In this document: piece by piece, positions 45,502-55,750 of the stretch
Numbering within the stretch: the stretch's first letter is position 1
Layout: each line of letters opens with the position of its first letter
Origin: Capsulimonadaceae bacterium
Lineage (GTDB): Bacteria; Armatimonadota; Armatimonadia; Armatimonadales; Capsulimonadaceae
Assembly: GCA_965215505.1 (NCBI GenBank)
Contig: OZ244065.1
Coordinates: 224,001-288,000, forward strand
Length of the DNA stretch: 64,000 bases
Direction of reading: 5' to 3'
Program-made: the position numbers and the translations under genes
The notes under the pieces: generated by a model
What the model was told of the DNA's origin: nothing
Database searches by the model: none
The model's input: the letters and a program-made list of their open reading frames with translations, nothing else

Positions 45502-48500
45502 ATGCGCCCGGAACCCTCTCGCTCGTCGCTCGCCGATCGGCTCTCCGCCATCCCCGTCTCCTGGGTGCGTCAGGAGGGCGGCTGGTCGCTTTACAGCCGT
45601 CTTGTCAACTTCGTGTCCTGCGCCGCCCGAGACGCGGCGACCGGGGATACCTGGCTGGGGACCCATCTCGGAATCAGGCGGGTCACGCCGGACGGCACCC
45701 TGCGCCGGATTTATACGGGGGCGGACGGCCTGCCCGGTCATGGCCTGCGCGCGCTGGCGGTCGGGCCGGATGGGGCCTGGTGCATCGTCGTCCCCGACCA
45801 CAGGCGCGGGCGCTTCGCCCTCTGCCGCCTGGACCGGGGGACCGACCGCTGGGACTCTTTGCGCGAGGTGACGCCGCCGCCCACCCATGTCTCCATGAGT
45901 CACGAGCCGCACTATCCCGACTTCCTCTCCGTCGGCCCTCGCTACCTCGCCTGCGTCTTTGGGCACGTCGCGCGCCGCGAGAACGGCTTCGCCTTCTGCG
46001 TCCTCGACCGCGAGCGGGGGACGTGGCGGGACATCCCCTGGGAGCCGGAGAGGCGCGAATCTCACCCACACACCTTCGGCTTCAGCCGCGACTGCTTCCC
46101 GGAACCGCGCTGGCTGCATCTCGACGACGAAAGCGTCTTTGTCGGCACCGCCCAGGGCCTGGGCCGCTACGATCTGGCGGCGGGGGCATGGGACTGGCCG
46201 CTGACCGATGCCGTCATGGGGGGCGGGGCGGATGGCGGGACGCTATGGTTAGCCGCCTGGCGGGCCGGGGCGATGCAAGGCTCGTTCCCTGACCTCGTCG
46301 GCCTCGATGCGGCGACCGGCCGGATCGCGCGGCGGTTCCTGTCCCCGCTGGCCGAAACCGCGCCCTTCCCGCGTCACGCGCGCGTTGCCGTCATCCCCGA
46401 GCAGGGGAGCCTCTGGCTCGTTGAGCAGAAAGTCGCCTCCCATCGTGAGCCGGAGCCGTCCGCCCCGCTCCTCGTCCGCTTCGAGGCGGCGACGGAGAGC
46501 TGGCACCTGGGCACCGGCTCGGCGGGGGACTTGCCGCCCTCCGTCCGCCTCGCCGCCGCGCTGGCCTGGCCCGGCCCGCCGCCGGAGGAACTCCGGGAGT
46601 ACCTGCCGGGGTTTTTCAGCCCGGCGGCGGACCTGCCGGTCGTGCCCGAGGATGTCCGGCGGCCTCCGCCGCCTGAACAGCTCAGGGATGAGGCGGAGGC
46701 CGCCGTGTGGGCCGTCGCCGACCGTACTGTTTTGGTGCGCCGGCCTGAAGACGGCGGGATGGAGCAGCGCCACCCACTGCCGGACATGGTCCTCCCCATC
46801 ACACCCCCCGTCTCCTCGGTCGCCATCTTAAACGACATGCTGTATGCCTCGACGACCGACGGCCTCTGGCGGCGCGGTCTTCCGGACGGAGACTGGACTC
46901 TGATCCCGCTGCCGGAGACGACACCCGGACGCCGCGCGATCGCTGGCCGCTTGCTGGCCGTGGCCGGACACCTCTGGGTGGAAGCCTCGGACTCCTTGTG
47001 GCATTACGATCCGGCCTCGTCCGCATTCCGGCAGGTCACCCCCGCTCCCGGCCTCGCCCGTCCGCGCCTTCTCAGTGCCGACCGGAACAGGCTATGGCTC
47101 GCGGATGGGTCGCCGGGCTGGAACCTATTCCATCTGGACGTCCAGAGTCTTCAGCCGTCACTCGTGCCGGTCAGGACCGAGATACCGGGCCTGCCCGCCC
47201 CACCGGGATTTCGCTATCCTGCTAACCTGGCGGCCGTCTGCGGCGGGATCGCCTGGTATCGCCAGACCTTCGACGTGGTCCAATCCGGCCACACGAAAGT
47301 GATCGGCTACGACTTGAGCGCGGGCGTTTGGACACAGCCGCTCACGGTCACCGGCCACGTTCCAATCGTATCCTTGCGCGTCGGCCCGAATGGCGTCTTC
47401 GCCGCCTTCGGCCCACGCACCGGCGGCATCCTGCATGGGCAGGCGGGTGACATCCACCGCTACGACCCGCAGACCGACCAGTGGGAAGAAGCCGCGCCGC
47501 CTCCACCCCGGTCCGCTTCGGCCAAAGCTTACTCGGATGTCCCGCCACTGCGACTGGCTTCCGTGGACGATGAGAGCTTCTGGCTCGTCAACCCGGACAC
47601 CGCCGGGCTGTGGCGCTGGGACCGGGGACGCCGGACTTGGGCGGAGCATACGACCGGCGGCCCGCTCCGAATGTCCGAGCGGCAGGCGGAAGGAACGGTC
47701 GCTCGGCACGCTGCCCACTTCTTTGTCTCTTCGGACCGAGGGCTGTGGCAGTTCGACGTTGAGGGCGAAACCTGGACGCGGCTCCCTTTCCCCGCATCGG
47801 CCGCCGACCGCCTGGAAGTGGCTCCTTGCTTCGTGAATGAGCGGTCGGTATGGGCGCTCTGTCACGACATCGAAACCAGGCAGACGTTCGCCGCTCGTTT
47901 CGACAAGCAGGAGCGCGTGTGGCGGCTCTGGGGCGAGGGCGACGGCTTCCCGGTCGGCCAGGGACCGGCACAGCTTGTCACCGACGGGGCTGCCGCCGTC
48001 GTAATGACATATGGCGGCGGGTTTTTCTACTTGGATGCGGCCTCGGACCGGTGGCGCGAGGGGACGGATGCCCTCTCACGCGCCTGGGCGGGGCAGGAGG
48101 GCGCGCGCGTCTGCCAGCCCGATCTGCTCGGCGTCCCGCCCGACGTGTGGGTGCGGGGCTCGGCGCAATGGGATGATGACCATCAGGGCCTTCCGCCGAT
48201 ACAGAGTCCCCTGGCGGTGCGCTGGAATGTCTCGGAAGGCTTCACCCGCATGGAGCCGCCGGGCTGGGCACCGCCCACGGACGCGAACATCCGCCTACTG
48301 GGGAGCGGCCTGATCGCGGACGCCGACGCCGTCTGGGCGATGAACCTGCTGGGCCTGTGGCGCTGGGACAGGGCGGCCCGTTCCTGGACAGCCCCGGCAC
48401 TGCCGCCATCGTTCCCGGACCGCTTCGCACTGACCGTGGGCCACATGGAGCGTTCCTCCGACGGCGCGGTTTGGATGATCGGCCGGGACACGCTGCTGCG

Positions 48501-48531
48501 GTGGGCTGGCAGGGATGAGGCGGAAAGTTGA
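45502..48531 (+). CDS. large Trp/Pro-rich beta-propeller-like hypothetical protein
   Basis: WLGTHLGI, FVGTAQGL, STTDGLW, SSDRGLW, YTGADGLP blades; AAGGAG SD. Confidence 0.7.
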   Translation: MRPEPSRSSLADRLSAIPVSWVRQEGGWSLYSRLVNFVSCAARDAATGDTWLGTHLGIRRVTPDGTLRRIYTGADGLPGHGLRALAVGPDGAWCIVVPDHRRGRFALCRLDRGTDRWDSLREVTPPPTHVSMSHEPHYPDFLSVGPRYLACVFGHVARRENGFAFCVLDRERGTWRDIPWEPERRESHPHTFGFSRDCFPEPRWLHLDDESVFVGTAQGLGRYDLAAGAWDWPLTDAVMGGGADGGTLWLAAWRAGAMQGSFPDLVGLDAATGRIARRFLSPLAETAPFPRHARVAVIPEQGSLWLVEQKVASHREPEPSAPLLVRFEAATESWHLGTGSAGDLPPSVRLAAALAWPGPPPEELREYLPGFFSPAADLPVVPEDVRRPPPPEQLRDEAEAAVWAVADRTVLVRRPEDGGMEQRHPLPDMVLPITPPVSSVAILNDMLYASTTDGLWRRGLPDGDWTLIPLPETTPGRRAIAGRLLAVAGHLWVEASDSLWHYDPASSAFRQVTPAPGLARPRLLSADRNRLWLADGSPGWNLFHLDVQSLQPSLVPVRTEIPGLPAPPGFRYPANLAAVCGGIAWYRQTFDVVQSGHTKVIGYDLSAGVWTQPLTVTGHVPIVSLRVGPNGVFAAFGPRTGGILHGQAGDIHRYDPQTDQWEEAAPPPPRSASAKAYSDVPPLRLASVDDESFWLVNPDTAGLWRWDRGRRTWAEHTTGGPLRMSERQAEGTVARHAAHFFVSSDRGLWQFDVEGETWTRLPFPASAADRLEVAPCFVNERSVWALCHDIETRQTFAARFDKQERVWRLWGEGDGFPVGQGPAQLVTDGAAAVVMTYGGGFFYLDAASDRWREGTDALSRAWAGQEGARVCQPDLLGVPPDVWVRGSAQWDDDHQGLPPIQSPLAVRWNVSEGFTRMEPPGWAPPTDANIRLLGSGLIADADAVWAMNLLGLWRWDRAARSWTAPALPPSFPDRFALTVGHMERSSDGAVWMIGRDTLLRWAGRDEAES

Positions 48532-48662
48532 GACAAACAAAACACAACAACGCAACGCCAATCGCCATTTCGCGCCATAAACTTGGGCCTGTTTTCCAGT
48601 TCTAGCCGCCTCTGAGGCCCGAACCCAAGTTATTCCCACACGCCGCCCCTGAGCCGGCTTCC

Positions 48663-48757
48663 TTGACAACCGCCTTGGTTTGCGATATACTTTATCCATC
48701 GTCGCCGAAAACAAAGGCTGACGGAGAGCGAGGACCAACAGGGTTCCCGCTTTTTTT
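48663..48757 (+). promoter_or_regulatory. sigma70 promoter + ~60-nt hairpin leader + intrinsic terminator (attenuator or sRNA candidate)
   Basis: TTGACA, 17 bp, TATACT; hairpin CGTCGCC/GGCTGACG; terminator AGCGAGGACC..GGTTCCCGC-T7. Confidence 0.6.
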
Positions 48758-48771
48758 GTGTTTGAACCCAT

Positions 48772-49407
48772 ATGTCCCCACAACAACTCCACCGCCTTGA
48801 AGAGATCGCCCGCGAGGCGGCCCAATCCGCCGAGGCGGCGCACGACTTCGGCCACGTCAAGCGCGTCACCGTCAGTGCCCGCGCCATTGCCGAGGCGGAA
48901 GGGGCGGACCTGGACATCGTCCTGCCCGCCGCCCTGCTGCACGAATTGTTTTCCTTCCCCAAAAATCACCCCGACTCGCCCCGGTCGGGGGAGGTCTGTG
49001 CCGAGCGCGCGGCGGACGTGCTGCGTGGGGAAGGCTATCCCGGAGGGTATGCCGAGGCCGTCGCCTACTGCATCCGCGTCCATCCCTTCTCGCTGGGCGT
49101 TATGCCCGCGACGCTGGAGGCCAAGGTCTTGCAGGACGCCGACCGGCTGGACGCGCTGGGGGCCATCGGCATCGCCCGCTGCTTCGCCGTGGGCGCGGCG
49201 ATGGGCCGCCCGTTCTATGACCCTGAAGACCCGTTCAGCCGTCGGCGCGAGCTGGACGACAAGCGGTGGACGCTGGACCATTTCGGTCGGAAACTGCTGC
49301 GCCTGCCGGACACCATGCACACGCAGGCAGCGCGAGTGATGGCGCGGGACCGCGCGGCCTTTATTGAGGCATTCCTGGCGCAGTTGGGGCGGGAGATCGG
49401 GCCTTAA
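48772..49407 (+). CDS. HD-domain phosphohydrolase (YedJ/YpgQ-like)
   Basis: AHDFGHVKRV; AALLHE; QDADRLDALGAIGIAR; DHF..KLLRL. Confidence 0.9.
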   Translation: MSPQQLHRLEEIAREAAQSAEAAHDFGHVKRVTVSARAIAEAEGADLDIVLPAALLHELFSFPKNHPDSPRSGEVCAERAADVLRGEGYPGGYAEAVAYCIRVHPFSLGVMPATLEAKVLQDADRLDALGAIGIARCFAVGAAMGRPFYDPEDPFSRRRELDDKRWTLDHFGRKLLRLPDTMHTQAARVMARDRAAFIEAFLAQLGREIGP

Positions 49408-49497
49408 ATGCCAGGGAAAGAAGGGCGGGGAAAGAAGGGCGGGGGGACCCCGCCCTCCGTCCTCTCCCGCTTCATTTGATGCCCCTGACCGTGTCTC

Positions 49498-50358
49498 TCA
49501 GGAATAGCGGCGCAGAACAGCCTGAACTTGCCCCAGATAGCTCGCGCCGAACATGTTCAGGTGGTTGAGCAGGTGATAAAGGTTGTAGATGTCCATGCGC
49601 CCCCGCCAGCCGGGCGCGAGCGGGTAGGAGGCGGCGTAGGCGTCATAGAAGGCAGGCGGGAAGCCGCCGAACAGCAGGGTCAGCGCGATCTCCGCCTCGG
49701 CCCAGCCGAAGTGGACGGCGGGGTCAATCAGGGCCGGCTCGCCGCGCGGGCCGGCCAGCGCGTTGCCGCTCCATAGGTCGCCGTGGATCAATGCGGGTGA
49801 CTGGGGCGGGACAAGGTCGGGCAGGCGCGCGCAAATGCTTTCAAGGCGGCGCAGATCGGGCGTGTCCAGACGCTCCCGGTCCCGCGCCAGCCGGGCCTGA
49901 TGCCCCAGCCGGTGTTCGGCGAAGAACTCGTGGCCGCTCTCGGTCCAGGGGTTCGGCTGCGGGGTTGCGCCGCAGTAGTTGTCGCGCGCGAAGCCGTAGT
50001 GGGTGTGCGTCGTCCGGTGCATCACTGCCAGGAGGATGCCGAACTGGGGCCAGTAGGTCGGCGTCGGCGGGTAGGGCCGCAGGTCCTCCAGCAGGAGGAA
50101 GTCCGGGCCGGCGAGGTGGACGGCGGGGATGGTGGGGCCGGGCACGTCCGCCAGGGCGGCCAGGCCCTCGGCCTCGCGGGCGAACATGTCCGGCGGGGCG
50201 TCCGGCTTGACCTTCAGGACCAGGGGCCGCCCGCTGCTCGTCTCCAGACGCAGGGCGCGGCTGATGTCGCCGCCGGACAGGGCGACGGTGAACAGGACCC
50301 CGCCCCAGCCGTTTTCCAGGCACCAGGCCGTGACCGCCTCCGGGACATCACTCACCAT
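49498..50358 (-). CDS. fructosamine kinase family protein (alternative start 50397)
   Basis: GGDIS; EAEGL; HGDLWSGN; IDPAVHFG; YNLYHLLNH. Confidence 0.9.
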   Translation of the reverse strand: MVSDVPEAVTAWCLENGWGGVLFTVALSGGDISRALRLETSSGRPLVLKVKPDAPPDMFAREAEGLAALADVPGPTIPAVHLAGPDFLLLEDLRPYPPTPTYWPQFGILLAVMHRTTHTHYGFARDNYCGATPQPNPWTESGHEFFAEHRLGHQARLARDRERLDTPDLRRLESICARLPDLVPPQSPALIHGDLWSGNALAGPRGEPALIDPAVHFGWAEAEIALTLLFGGFPPAFYDAYAASYPLAPGWRGRMDIYNLYHLLNHLNMFGASYLGQVQAVLRRYS

Positions 50359-50532
50359 CCGCTCCCCATGCTCCTTCTGTAGCGCTTCTTTCGCCATGAG
50401 CCACGGGAAATCCTGTGCGGGGAGTAGAGGAAGCGGCTGCTTTCATGCGGCTTTCACATTTCCTGGGTATATTCTCCCCACCGGACACGAGGCGGCATAA
50501 GCCGCCGTTCCAGGAATTGTGAAGGAACTACT

Positions 50533-52293
50533 ATGAAAGAATCACTCCCTGGGAGCGACCCGAGGGGACCGATCACGGACGGTTACGGGCGGTCTGAAGT
50601 GCAGCGGCCGGGACGCACCGCCGGGTCGGCTTTGTCCCTTGTCTTCAAAATCCTGCTGCCCCTCCTGATACTCGCGGCGGTGATCGGCTGGCGGCTCCAT
50701 GCCAACAGCGTCGCGGCGAAGGCTTTGCAGCAGACCGGCGGCGGAGGCGGCGGGCGGGGCGGGGCGGCTGGGGGCGGGGCGGGGCGCGGCCCGGTCACAG
50801 TCGGCACGGGTTCGGCGAGCGTCCGCGACATCGTCCACACGTTCGCGACGACCGCCAACATCGAGTCCCCCCAGACCGTCAAGATCTCCCCCCGCGTCGC
50901 CGAGCAGATCCTGACGATCTCGGTGAATGAGGGCGACTCGGTGCGCTCGGGCCAGGTCCTGGCCCGGCTGGACGACACGCAGCTCGCGGCGGCGGTGCGT
51001 AAGGAGCAGGCACTGCTGGCGGAAAGCCAGGCCAAGCTGTTGCAGGCGCAAGTCACGCGAGGCTCCGTGCTGACCCCGGTGCAGACCTTGATCCGGCAGA
51101 ACCGGGCATCCCTTGCGTCCTCCCGAGTGAATCTGAGCCAGGTCACGCGCTCCTACGCCCAGCAGGTCGCGGCGGCGGACTCGGCGGTCGCGGACGCCCA
51201 GAGCCGCGTCGCCAGCGCCCAGGCTGCCATCGCGAACGCCCAGGCGGGCCTCCAGAGCGCGCAGGCCAACCAGCAGAACGATAATACGCAGCTCGCCCGC
51301 GCGAACAGCCTGTTCAGCCAGGGCGCGGTGGCGAAGCAGGACGTGGAAACCGCCAGCACGACGGCCTCCGTCCAGAGCGCCAATGTCGGGGTCGCCCAGG
51401 CGCAGATCAAGGTGGCCCAGGCCGGGTTGCAGTCCGCCCAGGCCCAGCTCCGGTCGGCCCAGGAGCAGGCCGCCATCACGCGGGCCAAAGGCCCCTCCGA
51501 CATCGAAGCCGCCCGCAGCACCTTGGTTCAGGCGCAGTCCCAGCTCAGGAACGCCAACGCCAATACCGTCCAGACGGCGGCCTACCAGGCGAACCTCGCC
51601 GGGCTGCGGGCGGACGTCCAATCCACGCGCGCGGACCTCGCCACCGCCCAGGCCCAGCTCGCCGAGACCGTCATCCGCTCGCCGATAGACGGCTTCGTTT
51701 CCAGCCGGCTGGCCGACCCCGGCACACTGGCAAGCCCCGGCACGCCGATCATGAACCTTCAAGCCCTGCGGACCGTGTGGGTCAACATCCCCATCCCGCA
51801 GGAGCAGATCGCTCATGTCGCGGTCGGCCAGCAGGCCGCCGTGACCGTGGACTCGGTTCCGGGGCGCGCATTCACCGGGCGCGTCTTCGAGATAGACCCC
51901 TCCGCCGACCCGTCGAGCCGCAACTTCACCGTCCGGCTCTCGCTGGCGAACCCGGCCTCGCTGCTGAAGCCGGGCATGTACGCCCAGGTGAGCCTCGTGA
52001 CGGAACACGTCACGGGCGCGACGGTAGTCCCGCTGGAAGCGGTGCAGAAGGACGCCGACGGCTCGTTCGTCTGGACCCTGGCCGCCGACTCGACGGTCCA
52101 TCGCCAGGCGGTCACGACCGGCGCGAGTGACGACAACGGCGTCGCCGTTTTGTCCGGCGTGCAGCCGGGCGAGAAGGTCGTGACGGTCAACGCCGCCACC
52201 CTCAAGGACGGCGCGACGGTCACGGTGGGCGGCCTCGGCGGGCCGGGCGGGGCCGGCGGCAAGCGCGGGGGCCACCATCGCCGCCCGCAGTAA
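50533..52293 (+). CDS. RND efflux periplasmic adaptor (long coiled coil)
   Basis: TM anchor; VNEGDSVRSGQVLARLD; IRSPIDG; LKPGMYA. Confidence 0.9.
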   Translation: MKESLPGSDPRGPITDGYGRSEVQRPGRTAGSALSLVFKILLPLLILAAVIGWRLHANSVAAKALQQTGGGGGGRGGAAGGGAGRGPVTVGTGSASVRDIVHTFATTANIESPQTVKISPRVAEQILTISVNEGDSVRSGQVLARLDDTQLAAAVRKEQALLAESQAKLLQAQVTRGSVLTPVQTLIRQNRASLASSRVNLSQVTRSYAQQVAAADSAVADAQSRVASAQAAIANAQAGLQSAQANQQNDNTQLARANSLFSQGAVAKQDVETASTTASVQSANVGVAQAQIKVAQAGLQSAQAQLRSAQEQAAITRAKGPSDIEAARSTLVQAQSQLRNANANTVQTAAYQANLAGLRADVQSTRADLATAQAQLAETVIRSPIDGFVSSRLADPGTLASPGTPIMNLQALRTVWVNIPIPQEQIAHVAVGQQAAVTVDSVPGRAFTGRVFEIDPSADPSSRNFTVRLSLANPASLLKPGMYAQVSLVTEHVTGATVVPLEAVQKDADGSFVWTLAADSTVHRQAVTTGASDDNGVAVLSGVQPGEKVVTVNAATLKDGATVTVGGLGGPGGAGGKRGGHHRRPQ

Positions 52294-52321
52294 GGGCGGC
52301 CATCACCGCCGCCCGCAGTAG
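52267..52321 (+). repeat. tandem duplication of the last 9 codons of the adaptor gene
   Basis: 52267-52293 and 52295-52321 both encode GGHHRRPQ*. Confidence 0.85.
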
Positions 52322-52380
52322 AAGCACCGATGACTTAACGCGGTTCTCCGTGACACGCGGAGAACCGATGAGAGCCAGGA

Positions 52381-52511
52381 CGAGTGATTGAAATCACTCG
52401 CTGCCGTTGGACCTGTCCAGGGGACAGAAGAGGGGAGGGGGAACCGCCATGCTGTCCCGCTCACTTGTCCCCTGGACAAATCTTACCGAAGCGAGTGATT
52501 TCAATCACTCG
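52381..52511. repeat. REPIN-like element (CGAGTGAT family), copy 2, inverted relative to copy 1
   Basis: Same two 20-bp palindromes and inner TGTCC-N3-GGACA hairpins as 23593-23750. Confidence 0.85.
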
Positions 52512-52527
52512 CAAGAAAGTCTGACCC

Positions 52528-55500
52528 ATGAACCTTGCGAAAGGCTCCGTCTTAAGGCCCGTTGCCGTCGTCATGCGGATCGCCGCCCTCGTCCTGCTGG
52601 GCGCGGTCTGCCTGACGCGGCTTCCCGTGGACCTGCTGCCGAATGTCTCCATCCCGACGGTCTCCGTCATCACGCAGTGGCCGAACGTCGCCCCCGAAGA
52701 GATCGAGTCCCAGGTGACGCGACCCATCGAGGAGGCGGTTTCGGCCGCCCCCAACGTCGCCACGGTCCAGTCCACCTCCAACGACGGCATCTCCACGGTG
52801 CGCGTCCAGTTCGCCTGGGGGACCGACGTCGGCCAGGCGGCCATTGACGTCCTCCAGGTGGTGGAAAAGGCGCGGCAGCGGTTCCCGACCGACCCGACCT
52901 TGCAGACGCCCATCGTCTACAAGTACGACCCGTCCCAGCTCCCCATCCTGATCTATGCGGTCAGCGGCGAGAACGACTCGGTCAAGCTGCGGACCGAACT
53001 CGACAACGACATCAGCCCAATTGTTGAGTCCGCCGACGGCGTGGCCGCCGCCGTCGTGACCGGCGGCAACGACCGCGCCATCCTGGTCAACGCCGACCCG
53101 GCCAAGCTGCTGGCCTACCACGTCTCCATGAGCCAGATCAGCAGCAGGATCGCCCAAGAGAACCAGAACCAGCCCGCCGGCATCGGCAAGCAGAGCCGGA
53201 CCGAGTACACGATCCGCACGCTGGGCTGGTTCACCAGCCCCGCCCAGATCGCCAAGGTCCCCATCTCCTCGCTGAACGGCCGGACCGTCACCATCGGCGA
53301 TGTGGCGACCGTCGTTGACTCCGACCAGGAGCCGCGCCTGTTCACCCGGCTCGGCGGTGCCCCCGCCGCAGGCATGATCGTCAGCAAGCAAAGCAACGCC
53401 AACACGATCCAGACCGCCAAAGCCGTGGAGGACAAGGTCGCCCAGATCGAGAAGCGCTACCCGAACCTACATTTCGCGGTCGCCTATGACCAGTCGCAGT
53501 ACATCTCCAATTCGATCAACGACCTCAAAGTGAATGCTGTCCTGGGCGGCGTCCTGGCCGTGCTGATCCTCCTGTTCTTCCTGCGGAACGTCCGCAGCAC
53601 GCTCGTCGTCGCGCTGTCTATCCCCATCTCCATCGTCTCGACGTTCGCCCTGCTGTACGTCTGCGGGTTCACCCTGAACACGATGAGCCTGGGCGGGCTT
53701 GCCCTGGCGACGGGCCTGATCGCCGACGACGCCGTGGTGGTCCTGGAGAACATCTATAGGCACTACGACCGTGACAAGATGCGCCCCGCCGAGGCCGCCA
53801 TCGCGGGTGCCAACGAGATCTTCTCGGCCGTCATCGCCTCCACCATCACGATCATCGTGGTCTTCCTGCCGCTCCTTCTCATTAAGGGGCAGGCGGGCCA
53901 GATGTTCACGCAGTTCGCCCTGGTCGTCATCTTCTCGATCTCCGTCTCCCTGCTGGACGCGACCACGGTCGTGCCGATGCTGGCCTCGCGGCTGATCAAG
54001 GAGCGGACGGCGGGAGAAGAAACCGACGCCGAGGGGGGCAGCAATCGGGGCCTGTTCGGCGTGTTCGGGCGCTGGTTCCACGCCCTCGACGAGGCCTACC
54101 GGCGCGGGCTGGGCTGGGCGATCCGGCATCGGGCCGTCGTGGTCATCCTGGCCTTCAGCGTCACGGCCGCCTCGTTCCTGCTGGTCCCGCAGATCGGGTC
54201 TGAGCTGCTGCCCCAGACCGACAGCGGCAACCTGCAAGTCAACGTCAAGCTGCCGCCGGGCACGGCCCTGACCGACACGAACCGGCTGATCAAGCAGGTG
54301 GAGCAGATCGCGCTCGCCAACCCGAACGTCGCGACCGTCTTCTCCTCGGCCGGCTCAAACCTGTCCCTGAGCGGCACGAGCGCCGCCCTGAATGGCAACC
54401 AGGGCGCTTTGCAAATCCGGCTCAAGGACAAGCGCACCGAGTCCACCCAGCAGGTCGTCCAGGACCTGCACCAGCAGCTCGGCCGCATTCCGGGAGGCCG
54501 CATCAACGTGTCCTCGGTGGACGTCGTCTCGCGCATCCTGTCCGGCGGCGACAGCAACGTGGAAGTGGACATCTACGGGGCCGACCTGAACACGCTCGCG
54601 AAGCTCGGCAAGCAGGTGACGGGCAAGCTGAAGGCCATCCCTGGCCTGTCCAATGTTGACGTCAACTGGCAGGACACGAACCCCGAGATCCAGTGGCAGA
54701 TCGACCGGGACAAGGCCGTCCAGCAGGGCGTCACCTTCCAGGACGTGGCCACCACGATCAACACGGCGACCAACGGCGACACGGCTTCCTACTACCAGGA
54801 GGGCGGCTACCAGTACGCCATCGTGGTCGAGGTCGCGCCGGACCAGCGCCGGACCACTTCGCAGCTCGCTACCCTGCCGGTCTACCCGAGCGCGAACTCG
54901 GCTGGCTCCCATGCCGTGCTGCTGCAACAGGTCGCCCGCCCGATCATCTCGACCGGCCCCGCCTCCATCACGCGTCAGGACCGGCAGCGCTACATCGCCG
55001 TCACCGGCACCCCGCTGGGCCGATCGGCGGGCGACCTCCAGAAGGACATCCAGAAGGCCATGACCGGCGTGGCGCTGCCCGACGGCTACTACTGGGACTG
55101 GGGCTACAACCAGAAGCAGCAGGCGCAGGAGTTCAGCGGCATGGCACTCGCCATCGGACTCGCCATCGGGCTGATCTACATGCTGCTGGCCGCCCAGTTC
55201 GAGTCGTTCGTCCACCCCCTGACCATCCTCTGCTCCGTGCCGGTCTCCGCCGTGGGCGTCCTGCTGGCCCTGTTCCTGACGGGCCGCCACTTCGGGCTGA
55301 CGGCGATGATCGGGATGCTGATGCTGGTCGGGATCGTGGTCAAGAACGGCATCCTGCTGGTAGACTACACGAACCTGCTCCGGCGTCAAGGGATGTCAAG
55401 GGACGCCGCCGTCCAGCAAGCCGGGCCGACGCGGCTGCGACCGATCCTGATGACGTCCAGCGCGGCTATCTTGGGCATGATCCCCATCGCGCTGGCCTTG

Positions 55501-55725
55501 GGCAAGGGGTCGGAGACGAACGCGCCGATGGCGACGGTCGTGATCGGCGGTCTGCTGACCTCGACGTTCCTGACCCTGTTCGTCGTCCCGGTCATCTACA
55601 CGGTCTTCGATGATCTGGGCCGACGCTTCCGCCGCGACGATCGGGACTTCTCGGCCCCGGTCCTGGTGGAGCCAACCCCCGCCGCCGTCGGCGCGGGCCG
55701 CGAGGGGACCACGCCGACGGCGTAA
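52528..55725 (+). CDS. RND efflux permease (AcrB/AcrD/AcrF family)
   Basis: PEEIESQVTRPIEE; GLIADDAVVVLENI; VKNGILLVD; RLRPILMT. Confidence 0.95.
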   Translation: MNLAKGSVLRPVAVVMRIAALVLLGAVCLTRLPVDLLPNVSIPTVSVITQWPNVAPEEIESQVTRPIEEAVSAAPNVATVQSTSNDGISTVRVQFAWGTDVGQAAIDVLQVVEKARQRFPTDPTLQTPIVYKYDPSQLPILIYAVSGENDSVKLRTELDNDISPIVESADGVAAAVVTGGNDRAILVNADPAKLLAYHVSMSQISSRIAQENQNQPAGIGKQSRTEYTIRTLGWFTSPAQIAKVPISSLNGRTVTIGDVATVVDSDQEPRLFTRLGGAPAAGMIVSKQSNANTIQTAKAVEDKVAQIEKRYPNLHFAVAYDQSQYISNSINDLKVNAVLGGVLAVLILLFFLRNVRSTLVVALSIPISIVSTFALLYVCGFTLNTMSLGGLALATGLIADDAVVVLENIYRHYDRDKMRPAEAAIAGANEIFSAVIASTITIIVVFLPLLLIKGQAGQMFTQFALVVIFSISVSLLDATTVVPMLASRLIKERTAGEETDAEGGSNRGLFGVFGRWFHALDEAYRRGLGWAIRHRAVVVILAFSVTAASFLLVPQIGSELLPQTDSGNLQVNVKLPPGTALTDTNRLIKQVEQIALANPNVATVFSSAGSNLSLSGTSAALNGNQGALQIRLKDKRTESTQQVVQDLHQQLGRIPGGRINVSSVDVVSRILSGGDSNVEVDIYGADLNTLAKLGKQVTGKLKAIPGLSNVDVNWQDTNPEIQWQIDRDKAVQQGVTFQDVATTINTATNGDTASYYQEGGYQYAIVVEVAPDQRRTTSQLATLPVYPSANSAGSHAVLLQQVARPIISTGPASITRQDRQRYIAVTGTPLGRSAGDLQKDIQKAMTGVALPDGYYWDWGYNQKQQAQEFSGMALAIGLAIGLIYMLLAAQFESFVHPLTILCSVPVSAVGVLLALFLTGRHFGLTAMIGMLMLVGIVVKNGILLVDYTNLLRRQGMSRDAAVQQAGPTRLRPILMTSSAAILGMIPIALALGKGSETNAPMATVVIGGLLTSTFLTLFVVPVIYTVFDDLGRRFRRDDRDFSAPVLVEPTPAAVGAGREGTTPTA

Positions 55726-55750
55726 GCGGCTCGGAGACAGGGAGAATATC

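Noticed and set aside
48555-48620. Fluoride riboswitch suggested by CGCCATAAAC
   Set aside because: Lacks the 5' GGCGATGG and the 3' GATGAC..CTAC elements.
49414-49445. Short tandem repeat GGGAAAGAAGGGCGG x2 (and AACCGGGCGGA x2 at about 62162)
   Set aside because: Likely slippage duplications in terminator regions; no sign of function.
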